In this document: in pieces, positions 1 through 9,491 of the stretch
Layout of the letters: every line of letters begins with the position of its first letter
Position numbering within the stretch: position 1 is the first letter of the stretch
IMG/VR virus record: IMGVR_UViG_3300035643_000181
Strand: one strand, 5' to 3'
DNA from: an uncultured virus (IMG/VR IMGVR_UViG_3300035643_000181)
Lineage: Duplodnaviria; Heunggongvirae; Uroviricota; Caudoviricetes
DNA length: 64,000 nucleotides
Notes under the pieces: model-generated
What the model saw: only the letters and a program-made list of their open reading frames with translations
Databases searched by the model: none
What the model was told of the DNA's origin: nothing
Program-made: the position numbers and the translations under genes

Positions 1-88
1 AAAAGCGAGAACGTGTCCTGTAAGCGACCATGCTATCAACAGTGGCGGAAGGATAAAAAACTAAAGAAAGAGGAGGAGACAACAACTG

Positions 89-409
89 ATGGCTAAAGAG
101 TTTTGTCATGCCTGTGGTGGTGAGCATGAGCCTGATCCACCTGATTCATGGGTAGATTTTAGGGGATACAGGTTCAAACCACCATTTCTTTGTATGTGCT
201 GTGGCAAGGTGATATGTGGTCGGCAGTTCGCCTTTGGGCGTTGTTGTGGACCTTGCGATATGGGAGCCTGTCAAATGGTTAATACAGCTTATCAAGGTTT
301 GGCAGCCCACCCCACTCCACCCTGGGGTCAGCATAATGGTGAAGTAGACTTCAGGAAGTTTGTTGAGTATGTAGAGGCTATCCCTAGTCCACAAAGAGGT
401 GAGAAATGA
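89..409 (+). CDS. Cys-rich hypothetical protein (possible metal binding)
   Basis: ORF with upstream GGAGG; CxxC/CxCC/CCxxC clusters; stop overlaps next start (ATGA). Confidence 0.6.
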   Translation: MAKEFCHACGGEHEPDPPDSWVDFRGYRFKPPFLCMCCGKVICGRQFAFGRCCGPCDMGACQMVNTAYQGLAAHPTPPWGQHNGEVDFRKFVEYVEAIPSPQRGEK

Positions 410-1263
410 AAAAGATTGCCGTATGGGCTGTAAAGGGTGGGGTAGGAAAAAGCACTGTAACTGCCCGCGTGGGCCTGGCTCTTAAAGATATTGGTTATAA
501 AATGGGCTTCCTGGATGTTGATTGCACCGGGAGCACCTTACCGAGTGCTCTGGGCATTCAGGAGCCATGGTCTTACCCTGCTATGGATATGGCCAGGAAT
601 AGGATGTTCCCCATTCGAGTGAATGGCTATGATATTTTCGCTCTTTGTTTTCGTTTTGGCCGTGCAGCACTCATGTGGGAGAGTCGTGAACAAGAAATAG
701 AGGCTTTTGGGCAGAAATTTACGCTTTATGGTAGTGGTATATGGAATCTAGTGAAGCATATGCTGACCAATGTGGAGTTTCCTGCCGATACGGACTACCT
801 CTTGATTGATTGCCCGCCCACCAGTGGCGACCAGATGCTGTCTCTATTTGAGAACCTCAAGGATATCTGGGGAGTAATCCTGGTTTGTCAGCCAACCAAC
901 CTGGCTATTGAAGATATGGATAGGACACTCAATATGATTGAGGTTAAACGTATACCCCTTCTTGGAATGGTAGAGAATATGGGCTTTGCTATCTGTCCGC
1001 AATGTGGTCACAATTTCTCACCATTCATTGACCCGGGCATGGACCTGAGGCAATTTTCTACCAAAAAAGGCATACCCTATCTAGGCTGTATCCCCTTTAC
1101 GCCAGATACGGATATTCTCAACGGTCGGTTTCATTACTTAGCGCAGAAGGTTATAGAGGCAGCTCCGGTAAAAATTTGGGAGTTGTCCTTCAAGAAGAAA
1201 CTGGAGAGGGCAACAATAAGGGGGTTAATTAAGTCCGGTGTTTTGTTCAAACAGGCAGAATGA
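406..1263 (+). CDS. Mrp/ApbC/NBP35-family P-loop ATPase (Fe-S cluster carrier type)
   Basis: Deviant Walker A KGGVGKST, DVD, DYLLIDCPP, GMVENM followed by CPQCG, the Mrp signature. Confidence 0.85.
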   Translation: MKKIAVWAVKGGVGKSTVTARVGLALKDIGYKMGFLDVDCTGSTLPSALGIQEPWSYPAMDMARNRMFPIRVNGYDIFALCFRFGRAALMWESREQEIEAFGQKFTLYGSGIWNLVKHMLTNVEFPADTDYLLIDCPPTSGDQMLSLFENLKDIWGVILVCQPTNLAIEDMDRTLNMIEVKRIPLLGMVENMGFAICPQCGHNFSPFIDPGMDLRQFSTKKGIPYLGCIPFTPDTDILNGRFHYLAQKVIEAAPVKIWELSFKKKLERATIRGLIKSGVLFKQAE

Positions 1264-1273
1264 AGGAGGTTGT

Positions 1274-1495
1274 ATGAATGCAGAGGAGATGTTCAAAAGG
1301 CAAAAAGAAGATGGGGTATATCCAACTGTAGATGAAATCAGAGCAATGGGTAAGGATGAGTTCGTGAAATACTTTATGCTAGGCATGAAAACCCTATCTG
1401 AAAAAGACAGAGATGCTTGGCTAAAGAGTATCGGTGAATGGTACTGGCAGCAGTACAATCCTCGTCTACCAGAGCCTCCCGTTCTAATAGGATAA
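1274..1495 (+). CDS. hypothetical protein
   Basis: ATG at 1274 preceded by AAGGAGG. Confidence 0.6.
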   Translation: MNAEEMFKRQKEDGVYPTVDEIRAMGKDEFVKYFMLGMKTLSEKDRDAWLKSIGEWYWQQYNPRLPEPPVLIG

Positions 1496-1499
1496 AGAT

Positions 1500-1997
1500 A
1501 TGGGATGGGTTAAGGATTTTTTCGACCAGGTTATAAAACTACAGGGTAAAATACTCCATGACTTTTCTGAGGCAGAACGGAGGGAGGGGTATGGGAATGC
1601 CGCCCGGGTGATAGTCCCAGGACCCGAGGGTGGTATTTTTTATCTGTGGTTTACAGAGAGAGGTATAGATTACAAGCCTGCTGATATACCAGTTAGGAAC
1701 ACGCTTTATATTGGAACTGAGGATACCCTGCTTAATATGATCACCCCAGATGTTAGTCTGGAAGAGCTAGTGTGCTTGATTCAAGAAGAAAGTGTAGATG
1801 CAGTGGCGACTAAACTTAAGCCACTGCTCGATCCCAGGACGGCCTTCTCCAATGGGCTTATATTTATAGGTAATGAAGATCCTAATACTATCACTACTGC
1901 TAACGACTCAGAGAGATGGGCACAGGTATTTGATAAGTTCCTGCATGGCGTTGCCTTTCCCATAACTATCAGACAGATGTTGAAAGGGGCAAAATAA
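1500..1997 (+). CDS. possible SCP2 sterol/lipid-transfer-like protein
   Basis: GGIFYLWF...DTLLNMI...LDPRTAFSNGLIFIG resembles the SCP2 'DP..AF..G.i.i.G' pattern; lipid operon context. Confidence 0.45.
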   Translation: MGWVKDFFDQVIKLQGKILHDFSEAERREGYGNAARVIVPGPEGGIFYLWFTERGIDYKPADIPVRNTLYIGTEDTLLNMITPDVSLEELVCLIQEESVDAVATKLKPLLDPRTAFSNGLIFIGNEDPNTITTANDSERWAQVFDKFLHGVAFPITIRQMLKGAK

Positions 1998-2360
1998 ATG
2001 GTCAGTGGTATAAAGAACTTTCTCGATGGTTCTTTAGGTCCGCCGGGAGAGGCCCTGAAGAATCTTAAGGAGCTTACCCAAGCCCTGGCATCAATCGATA
2101 TAGCCAAGTTACGACTACTCTATGCCCTTATCAATTCAGTAGATAAGATCAAGGGAACACCAGAGGAACTCCAGACATTCGTACAGATAGTAACGTTATT
2201 GTCTGCCTTCTCAGTAGAGCAGCTTAATGCTCTCAATGATATAATAGTCAACCTGACGAAGCTACTACGTTTATTACCGAGAGAACAGCTTAAAAATATA
2301 CCGGCTGGTGATTTGGCTAAGGTAGTTGCTAGTATAGCCGAAGAGTTTAAAAAGGACTGA
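1998..2360 (+). CDS. hypothetical helical protein
   Basis: ORF abutting previous stop, Leu-rich. Confidence 0.6.
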   Translation: MVSGIKNFLDGSLGPPGEALKNLKELTQALASIDIAKLRLLYALINSVDKIKGTPEELQTFVQIVTLLSAFSVEQLNALNDIIVNLTKLLRLLPREQLKNIPAGDLAKVVASIAEEFKKD

Positions 2361-2378
2361 AAGGGAGGTTCTCCGTAA

Positions 2379-2603
2379 ATGGACATAGTTGAATTTACCG
2401 ATAGGACAATGACTAACATTTTAGCAATGGCCGGTCCCTTGAAGGGTCCATCTATTGGTCCTTTTGAACTACCTATTGATGTGTCCACGGAGCTACATGA
2501 TAATGTAGTCGGTTGGGCTCGAGAAAACCCCTATAAAGCCAGGCAGATAGTAGAGATGCTATACCGAACGATTGGAGAATACAGAAACCAAGGTGGACAA
2601 TGA
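2379..2603 (+). CDS. hypothetical protein
   Basis: GGGAGG RBS; stop overlaps next start. Confidence 0.6.
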   Translation: MDIVEFTDRTMTNILAMAGPLKGPSIGPFELPIDVSTELHDNVVGWARENPYKARQIVEMLYRTIGEYRNQGGQ

Positions 2604-3958
2604 AGATTTTACTGGTTGAGCCAAGCGACAAACTCGTTCCTACCCTTAGTCTTAATGGCGCGATAAGGTGCGAGCCGATTGAATTGGAACAGATCGCTGG
2701 TGCGGTGCCAGAGCACGAAACACTCATCGTGGATTTGAGGTTAGACAAGAGACCCCTAGACTATTTTCTGAGCACCTTCCGTCCAAATATCGTCGGCGTA
2801 ACCGGCTTCACCGCGTCCCATAGTGAAATCCAGTCTATTGTAAGTAAAGCGAAGGAATATGACGCCCTGACGGTCGGCGGCGGACCACACATTAGTTTTT
2901 GCTTCAAGGAAATAAATGATCTGGACTTTGCGGTGATCGGTGAGGGCGAGTTGGCTTTTGCCAAGCTAGTAGAAGTTATTAGGGAAGGTTGTAGAGATAA
3001 TTTGCAATCCATACCGAATATTGCTTGGAACTTTCTTGGTAATTGGATAGTAAATGAACCGAATAGCGAGTACCTCTGGCCATTACCAAGAAGATGTATG
3101 GCCGGCGATTATAAATATGCGTGGTTCCATTACCCGGTTGCTACCGTAGAGGCCACAAGAGGTTGTCCGCGCCGGTGTAATTTTTGCCTTGTCCCCAAAA
3201 TAATGCGAGGTAAATTTAGAAAGAGGCCGGCGGGAGAATTCGTTTCCTATCTGAAAAATAGAGATGAGAGGTTTGTCTTCCTCCCCGACCCGGATATGTT
3301 CGCTGATGTGCAGTATGCAACATCACTGGCCAACATACTGATAAATCAAAGGGTAGACAAGTCCTATGCCGCAGCGGCCCGGGTCGATGATATTTGCGCT
3401 CATCCCGAACTCTTTTCTCTCTGGAAAAAGGCCGGTATGCTGATCATCCTGCTCGGTCTGGAGGGGTACAGTCAAGACCAACTGGATGATTACAAAAAGG
3501 GTACGGACATCAGGCAGAATGAGGTTGCCTGCGATACACTGGATAAGCTGGGAATGGTAGTGATTGGCTCGGTTATCGTTGATCCCCAGTGGGGGAGAGA
3601 GGCTTTCCAATCCTGCCAGGAATATATAAACGACTTAAAAATCGACATACCCTTCTTGCCTGTTTTAACCCCTTTCCCCGGTACGGATATCTTTATGGAG
3701 AAGTCCATTATAAAGGATTACCGCTCCTTTGATGTTACCCACCCGGTGACCAAGACCTACCTGCCAGAGGGGGAATTTCAAAAGGAAATATCTAAGTTGT
3801 ATCAAAAGGTATATCCCTTCAAGCGAGTGTGGAGACTTATTACGAAGTTGGCAAAGTCCAAATTATGCAAGCCCTGGAAGCCATGGGAGTTTATTCGATT
3901 AGTCGTAGAGATGATTAAAGTCAAGAATTTTGCCAAGACAGTAGGAGGTCAGACATGA
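2600..3958 (+). CDS. cobalamin-binding radical SAM protein (class B methylase-like)
   Basis: N-terminal B12-binding pattern (PNIVGVTG, TVGGGPH, GEGE), CxxxCxxC in TRGCPRRCNFC, LTPFPGT. Confidence 0.9.
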   Translation: MKILLVEPSDKLVPTLSLNGAIRCEPIELEQIAGAVPEHETLIVDLRLDKRPLDYFLSTFRPNIVGVTGFTASHSEIQSIVSKAKEYDALTVGGGPHISFCFKEINDLDFAVIGEGELAFAKLVEVIREGCRDNLQSIPNIAWNFLGNWIVNEPNSEYLWPLPRRCMAGDYKYAWFHYPVATVEATRGCPRRCNFCLVPKIMRGKFRKRPAGEFVSYLKNRDERFVFLPDPDMFADVQYATSLANILINQRVDKSYAAAARVDDICAHPELFSLWKKAGMLIILLGLEGYSQDQLDDYKKGTDIRQNEVACDTLDKLGMVVIGSVIVDPQWGREAFQSCQEYINDLKIDIPFLPVLTPFPGTDIFMEKSIIKDYRSFDVTHPVTKTYLPEGEFQKEISKLYQKVYPFKRVWRLITKLAKSKLCKPWKPWEFIRLVVEMIKVKNFAKTVGGQT

Positions 3959-4629
3959 TTCGAGAGATACCCTACGCCATAGTGCTATTCGCTATAGCTT
4001 ATATTGGGCTTCAGCTTTCCAACTATGCTGTAGATAAGGGGGTAAATTTCCCCTTAGCGAGAAAAATAGGCCATATTTGTTGCGGTATCCCGTATTTGAT
4101 TTCCCCCTTCCTTTTCACTCACCCCTGGTGGCCCATTATAGCTTCGGGCTTTTTCACCTTACTGTTAACCTTAACTCATTTCTTAAAAGGGGATGCATTT
4201 CGTGGTGTAGGCGGAATAAGTCGCCCCGGCGCTGCGGCCGAGATAACCTATCCCCTGGGCGCCACAATATGCCTCGCGGTTGGGTGGGCATGGTTAGGTA
4301 ATGCCTGGCTTGGGGTAATCCCCATTCTCTTCATGTCTTTCGGCGATGGACTTTCGGGACTCACCCGGTTTCTACTCTACAGTTCTGAGCCGATGCCGGA
4401 AGGTAAATTGAAGAGGATGGCCGGGACGCTGGTATTCATCTTTGTTTGCATGCTTGTTGCCCTGCCCTTCAAGCCTCATTACTGGATTTGTCTGTTCGGG
4501 ATAGCACTTGCTGCAGGAGCTGAGAGTATTTTTAGTGAAAGAGGGATAATACGGTTCGACGATAATCTACCAATCCAACTAACGGCATTGATCACAATGG
4601 CTTCACTTTTTCACTTTTACGGAGGTTAA
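3955..4629 (+). CDS. phytol/dolichol kinase-like CTP-dependent membrane protein
   Basis: RKIGH, SFGDGLSG, K...GT, and DDNL motifs; multiple hydrophobic helices. Confidence 0.75.
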   Translation: MIREIPYAIVLFAIAYIGLQLSNYAVDKGVNFPLARKIGHICCGIPYLISPFLFTHPWWPIIASGFFTLLLTLTHFLKGDAFRGVGGISRPGAAAEITYPLGATICLAVGWAWLGNAWLGVIPILFMSFGDGLSGLTRFLLYSSEPMPEGKLKRMAGTLVFIFVCMLVALPFKPHYWICLFGIALAAGAESIFSERGIIRFDDNLPIQLTALITMASLFHFYGG

Positions 4630-4631
4630 AG

Positions 4632-4841
4632 ATGATGGATGATGATAGTGTAGTTAAAGACCGAATAAGGCAGCAAGCAATGGTAAGAAACCCTATCATA
4701 CCTGACCACAACGTATATAAATGTGATGACGGGTTATGTACAGAAGACCAGCCATGCTGTGAACGGCGTAGTGAGTATAATGGCTATCACTCAGGTTCGC
4801 TGAGGTTCACTTGCCCAAAGCATTGTATGTGTCATGACTAG
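4632..4841 (+). CDS. small Cys-rich hypothetical protein
   Basis: GGAGG RBS; flanked by an 11-nt direct repeat. Confidence 0.55.
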   Translation: MMDDDSVVKDRIRQQAMVRNPIIPDHNVYKCDDGLCTEDQPCCERRSEYNGYHSGSLRFTCPKHCMCHD

Positions 4842-4861
4842 GCAAATAATACGGAGGTTAG

Positions 4862-5218
4862 ATGAAAGCATATTATAAAACAGTGCTAAGGGAAAAGGCT
4901 CCTCCAGGCGGGTTGGCTGTTGATGATTACCAACTATTAGAGATTACCGATGTTTGCTGTAAACGAATGAATGAAGCTCTGGATGAAGAAGCAATTCGCT
5001 TTGGCGGATTTGATAGAGAAATCTCCAGTGATAATAACATTAACTTTAGCAAATGTTCACCATATCCTGAAGGTGCTGAATGGGATGACTATGAAGTTCA
5101 CTTTTGCCCTTTTTGTGGTAAGAAGGTTGAAACCGAAGAAAGAGAGCGAGTTGTACTAAAAAGGGTTGAAAGGCCAGTAACCACGATAGAGATAGCTTAC
5201 GTAGAGGAGGGAAAATGA
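4862..5218 (+). CDS. hypothetical protein (CC...CPFCG zinc site)
   Basis: GGAGG RBS; CPFCG motif. Confidence 0.6.
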   Translation: MKAYYKTVLREKAPPGGLAVDDYQLLEITDVCCKRMNEALDEEAIRFGGFDREISSDNNINFSKCSPYPEGAEWDDYEVHFCPFCGKKVETEERERVVLKRVERPVTTIEIAYVEEGK

Positions 5219-6117
5219 AACAGGTTAGTCTACTCTCAAGATTATATATCCACTTGGTAAAATTGCCCCGGTGGTTTGCTCTCTCCACTGCTGTGACAGC
5301 CATAATACTGGGGTGCGCTTTGGTTCACCAGTGGTCATGGGTTACGGCAGCGGTGGTTTTCTGTGGGCTGTTTATGATGGCATACAGCCATTCGGCAAAC
5401 TCATGGCTCGACTGGAGTTGGACTCACCTGGATCAGGGAACAATCGAAGAGCGAAGTAAAGAAAAGCTCTACACCGGCGGGCAAAACGTGATCGAGAAAT
5501 ATGGGATAAGCGCGAAAGAGATAGCCTTAAATTCCCTTGTATGGCTTTTCCTGTCGGCTATCCTGGCCGGGGTAATATCGTGGAAAGTCTCACCCTGGGT
5601 CTGGCTTCCCTGGGGACTGATTGTACCGATGACTTTCTGGTACAGCCAGGCAAAGAAGTACTGGCATCCGGAGATTCCCCTCTGTGTGGGATTTGTCACC
5701 TGCGCAACCTGGCTCGGAATGGCCGCTGCCGGCAGACCTCATTTTGTTCTTGGTGCCATAGCCTCGATACCGCTTTTCCTGATCTGGGCGGCTTGTGAGC
5801 AAATAGACCAGGCACATGACTACGAGCCCAACTGGCCCAAGGGCGGGAGAAGTGTGGGCATGTGGGTAAGACACAAGGGTATCCTGATGGCGTATCTTGT
5901 TAGTACTATGATGGTTTTAACTTATTTGAGTCAAGTCATTGTTATTAACACAGGATATCTTTCTAAATGGACTTTCGTGAGTGCTGTCGGTATGATCCCA
6001 CTGGCAATATGTTGTGCACTTATTGATAAGGATATGAAGAAGGGTGTCATCTGGGGACTACTTGGCGTGTGCCTTTTCCAAGTTGCCCTGGTTGTTGCTC
6101 AGGCGGTGGCAAAGTGA
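5215..6117 (+). CDS. UbiA-family prenyltransferase (MenA/UBIAD1-like)
   Basis: NSWLDWSWTHLD (NxxxD...D) and DQAHDYEPN Asp-rich motifs, YSQ, many TM helices. Confidence 0.75.
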   Translation: MKQVSLLSRLYIHLVKLPRWFALSTAVTAIILGCALVHQWSWVTAAVVFCGLFMMAYSHSANSWLDWSWTHLDQGTIEERSKEKLYTGGQNVIEKYGISAKEIALNSLVWLFLSAILAGVISWKVSPWVWLPWGLIVPMTFWYSQAKKYWHPEIPLCVGFVTCATWLGMAAAGRPHFVLGAIASIPLFLIWAACEQIDQAHDYEPNWPKGGRSVGMWVRHKGILMAYLVSTMMVLTYLSQVIVINTGYLSKWTFVSAVGMIPLAICCALIDKDMKKGVIWGLLGVCLFQVALVVAQAVAK

Positions 6118-7166
6118 AGGCCAAGATTATCTCTCTCGGCACTGCTTTCCCACCGTACTACTTTACTCAGCGTGACGCCTATGAAGCTCTAGGGTACAAG
6201 TCGGACAGGACACGGCAGCTATTTCAAAATGCCCAGATAGAAGGGCGTTATGTTTGGATTGAACCTTATAACCTAGAGCGGCTAACCTTCGACTCGCTAT
6301 GCCGAGAGTATAACAATGGGGCACTAGTATTGGGTAAGAAGGCTATTAAGCAATGTCTTGATGATAGAGACCCAAAATCTATTGGTTCACTGACCTATGC
6401 CTCGACTACTCAGGCAAGGCTAAACTGTCCATCATTGAGCTATCTTATTGCTCCTGAGGTTGGGCTTAGTTCTAATATTGAGCATAACGACCTTATCGGC
6501 GGCGGCTGCCAGGGAAGTTCCCCGGCAATCAGGAGAGCATACGACCACTACTTATCCTCGGGTAAACCAGCACTTGCCCTCAGTTGCGAGATATGCACAG
6601 CCACATTCTTTCCCGCGCCGGAACACGACCTTGAAAATACCGTGGCGAACGCTATTTTTGGTGATGGGGCCTCAGCCTGTCTCATTGGTGATGATGCGGA
6701 TCCCCGTCATCCGTATTTAGTGGATTTTGAATCGGAGTTTGACCCCCAATATAAAGATTACCTGGGTTACAAGTGGGTTCCGGATGGAACTACTACAGGG
6801 GCAGAAAGAATTAAGGTGGTCCTGCATAAGGATGTCCCCAAGATAGCACCGATATTAACCGGGAGGGTAATGACCAGGCTTTTGAGAAGGAATAACCTTA
6901 TGATAAATGATATCCAGCACCTCATCATACATCCTGGTGGCACCAAAGTGTTGGATAACATCCGGGATGTGCTGAACATACCCGAAGAGAAGATGACTTA
7001 CTCTCGTGAGATATTGCTTAAATTCGGCAATATGAGTAGTGCCACAATCGGAGCTATCGGGAAGTTGGTAAGACAGGTAGCCAAACCCGGGGACTGGGGA
7101 CTCGTGGTAAGTATGGGCGCGGGGTTTAGCGTGTACTCTATTTTGCTTAAATGGGAGGAGAAATGA
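6114..7166 (+). CDS. type III polyketide synthase (chalcone synthase-like)
   Basis: Catalytic triad Cys (GGGCQG), His (IIHPGG), Asn (FGNMSS); AIFGDGA; start moved to GTG 6114, which overlaps the UbiA stop. Confidence 0.92.
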   Translation: MKAKIISLGTAFPPYYFTQRDAYEALGYKSDRTRQLFQNAQIEGRYVWIEPYNLERLTFDSLCREYNNGALVLGKKAIKQCLDDRDPKSIGSLTYASTTQARLNCPSLSYLIAPEVGLSSNIEHNDLIGGGCQGSSPAIRRAYDHYLSSGKPALALSCEICTATFFPAPEHDLENTVANAIFGDGASACLIGDDADPRHPYLVDFESEFDPQYKDYLGYKWVPDGTTTGAERIKVVLHKDVPKIAPILTGRVMTRLLRRNNLMINDIQHLIIHPGGTKVLDNIRDVLNIPEEKMTYSREILLKFGNMSSATIGAIGKLVRQVAKPGDWGLVVSMGAGFSVYSILLKWEEK

Positions 7167-7360
7167 ATAAGGATAAACCTATAATATTACTAGACAAATT
7201 TAAGATAACCTTTGGAAATTCATTAACTGACGAAAGGGTAAATGCTCAATTGCTAATCTCAGTAAGACCAAGACCTAGGATATTGCCTAGATTTATATGG
7301 CAAAGATTAATTGTATGGTTGTTATTTGTTAATATTTCGCTAGCCAAAGAGGAGAACTAA
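7163..7360 (+). CDS. small hypothetical protein
   Basis: ATG overlapping PKS stop with GGAGGAG RBS; AT-rich. Confidence 0.5.
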   Translation: MNKDKPIILLDKFKITFGNSLTDERVNAQLLISVRPRPRILPRFIWQRLIVWLLFVNISLAKEEN

Positions 7361-7587
7361 TGGATGTTTTTGCTGAAGTAAAAAAGGCCATTCTAGATCA
7401 AGCGGGCTGTGAGCTTACCATTACTCTGGAGACTAACTTCCAAGACGACCTCCATATGGACTCTCTTGATATGGTAGAGCTCGTCATGGCCCTTGAGGAA
7501 GCAACCGGAAAACAGATTAACGATAAGGATGTGAAGGGACTGAAAACTGTCGGTGAAGTAGTCAAATTTATTGAGGGAATGTTGTGA
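7360..7587 (+). CDS. acpP: acyl carrier protein
   Basis: DDLHMDSLDMVELVMALEE phosphopantetheine-Ser motif, TVGEVV; 75 aa, acidic. Confidence 0.93.
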   Translation: MDVFAEVKKAILDQAGCELTITLETNFQDDLHMDSLDMVELVMALEEATGKQINDKDVKGLKTVGEVVKFIEGML

Positions 7588-8045
7588 AACGTGATAAAGC
7601 CCTAGTTACCTTCAAACTATGTCCTCATTGTGGTGGTTCGGGCTCAGTACCCTGTAGTGGTAGGGAAAAGGCTCAGCAAGACCATCTGGCATGGGCAGCG
7701 AAGTTTCACCATCAGTTAGTGAGCTACCAGTATGATGAAACACTCCTGGCTGGTGTTGCTGAAGCTGAGTATAGAAGAGGCGGTTGGTGGGGACTCAGGA
7801 TTTACGTTGCTGTAAGTGAGCTGCCAGGGCGTTCTACTTACACGGAGTACGAGCCTGGATTGTATAGCTGCTTTGGTAGAGGAAATTTCCCCGTACCGGT
7901 ATATACGTTCACTATAGTAAATGGTAAGGCTTTCTGGTTTTTACCCTGTGGTTACTCCAACCGAGAGCAGTTAGAGCTACTGGTAAAGCCAAATCCCGAA
8001 CTAGAAGGAATGTTGAAGGCTTTACCAGTTGGGTTGCCATCATGA
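7584..8045 (+). CDS. hypothetical protein
   Basis: ORF coupled to neighbours; CPHCGGSG motif. Confidence 0.55.
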   Translation: MKRDKALVTFKLCPHCGGSGSVPCSGREKAQQDHLAWAAKFHHQLVSYQYDETLLAGVAEAEYRRGGWWGLRIYVAVSELPGRSTYTEYEPGLYSCFGRGNFPVPVYTFTIVNGKAFWFLPCGYSNREQLELLVKPNPELEGMLKALPVGLPS

Positions 8046-8974
8046 TTCTTCTCACTGGCTCAACAGGTTTAATCGGCTCCGCTCTCTTACCCAAATTGCT
8101 CGAGCGGGATAAGGTCGTTGCTCTCTATCACAAATCGCCACCCAAAATACAGCATGAGAATCTGACAACGGTTAAGGGCGATCTGGCTAACCTGCTGGAT
8201 GCCGGGGGTATTTCCTGGGAAATAGACTCGGTAATCCATGCAGCAGGTGTCATTAACCTCAGTAGCAGTGATAAGACTGCTCAAGGGTGCTATCAGACTA
8301 ACGTTATTGGCACCCGTAATCTTCTGCAATACATGGAGTGTTATCAAATAAAGAATTTAAAGTACATCTCTACTGCCTATTTAAATGGTACAAACGTTTA
8401 TGAAAAGTCCAAATTAGTAGCAGAGTTGAAAGTGTCGGAGGCTAAATACATTAGAACGATAATCCTCCGGCCGTCTATTGTTATCGGAGAGTACCCTGGT
8501 GGCGCCCTACCGGATGGTATTAAGCCAGGTGCCTTCTATCAGTTCGTTGGATCCATAGCTCGTGTCCATGAGACTGCCGAAAAGATACGGCGGAAAGCAG
8601 AAAGGACGATACACCTGCCACCTAAAGAGCCGGTAATCCATATCAAAGGAGACCCGGAGGGGACTTTGGACCTTATACCAGTGAATGTGGTTGCCGATGC
8701 TATCCTGTCCATAGATACCCCAGGGACATATTACCTGACTAATCCCAACCCCCCAAAACTGTCCGAGCTTGCCGCATGGGTCGGTGAGTTAGTCAAAACT
8801 CGCATTGTTTTTGAAACGGAGCCAAAGTTATCCTGGATAGATAGACTACTGGCTAGACTAACCAAAGACTTCTCACCATATCTTCAGGGGAATGACAACT
8901 TCCTCAGTGACATCACCTGCCCTACTGTCGATTGGGAATTCATCCAGCGAAGCCTAAAACATCTCGGCTATTGA
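8042..8974 (+). CDS. extended SDR, acyl-thioester/fatty-acyl reductase-like
   Basis: TGSTGLIG Rossmann motif, HAAG, TNVIGT, YISTAY, YEKSK, RPSIVIG. Confidence 0.85.
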   Translation: MILLTGSTGLIGSALLPKLLERDKVVALYHKSPPKIQHENLTTVKGDLANLLDAGGISWEIDSVIHAAGVINLSSSDKTAQGCYQTNVIGTRNLLQYMECYQIKNLKYISTAYLNGTNVYEKSKLVAELKVSEAKYIRTIILRPSIVIGEYPGGALPDGIKPGAFYQFVGSIARVHETAEKIRRKAERTIHLPPKEPVIHIKGDPEGTLDLIPVNVVADAILSIDTPGTYYLTNPNPPKLSELAAWVGELVKTRIVFETEPKLSWIDRLLARLTKDFSPYLQGNDNFLSDITCPTVDWEFIQRSLKHLGY

Positions 8975-9018
8975 CAGGATTCCCTTTGCCGTTTACACTT
9001 TATGGCAAGGGGGTTAAA

Positions 9019-9372
9019 ATGCCTAAGTTCGGGGAAGCAATCAAAATTCTTCCGGGCTTCAATTTACCAACACCCTTCGGTACTCTACACCTCACTGATA
9101 TCGAATTACCTCCCCTAGCCAGGCCCAAGCTCAACGAAGAAGAGAAGAAGGCCATGCGCCTGGCCATCGGTTCGGACCTTGCCATGATACCAGGGGAGAT
9201 TCCCATAATTGGAGATTTTTTGGAAAATGCCCTGGTGCACATTCACCGCGGTGAGATTGTCAGACACCTGAAGCCCGAACAGCAGCGACAGTTTCTGGAA
9301 TATGCCAAAGGAGGGCCGGACTCCATTGCCCTGCTGAGGCTTTTCCTTAAAGAAAAGGGGATAGGGAAATAA
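9019..9372 (+). CDS. hypothetical protein
   Basis: ATG 9019 after a purine-rich RBS. Confidence 0.55.
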   Translation: MPKFGEAIKILPGFNLPTPFGTLHLTDIELPPLARPKLNEEEKKAMRLAIGSDLAMIPGEIPIIGDFLENALVHIHRGEIVRHLKPEQQRQFLEYAKGGPDSIALLRLFLKEKGIGK

Positions 9373-9491
9373 TGCCTTGGTGGGGATGGGTAGGAATAGC
9401 ACTCGGGATACCAATATTTTGTGTTGTAGCGTTTCTCATATTCTTAATGATTGCCTTTGCATTGAAGGGCGATAGATGACGGAGGTAAATT

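Noticed and set aside
406..1263. ParA partner of the ParB gene
   Set aside because: The ENM...CPxCG signature indicates the Mrp/NBP35 subfamily; it lies in the lipid operon, far from parB.
6069..6113. N-terminal extension of the type III PKS given in the ORF track
   Set aside because: It overlaps the UbiA gene; GTG at 6114, coupled to the UbiA stop, gives a typical PKS N-terminus.
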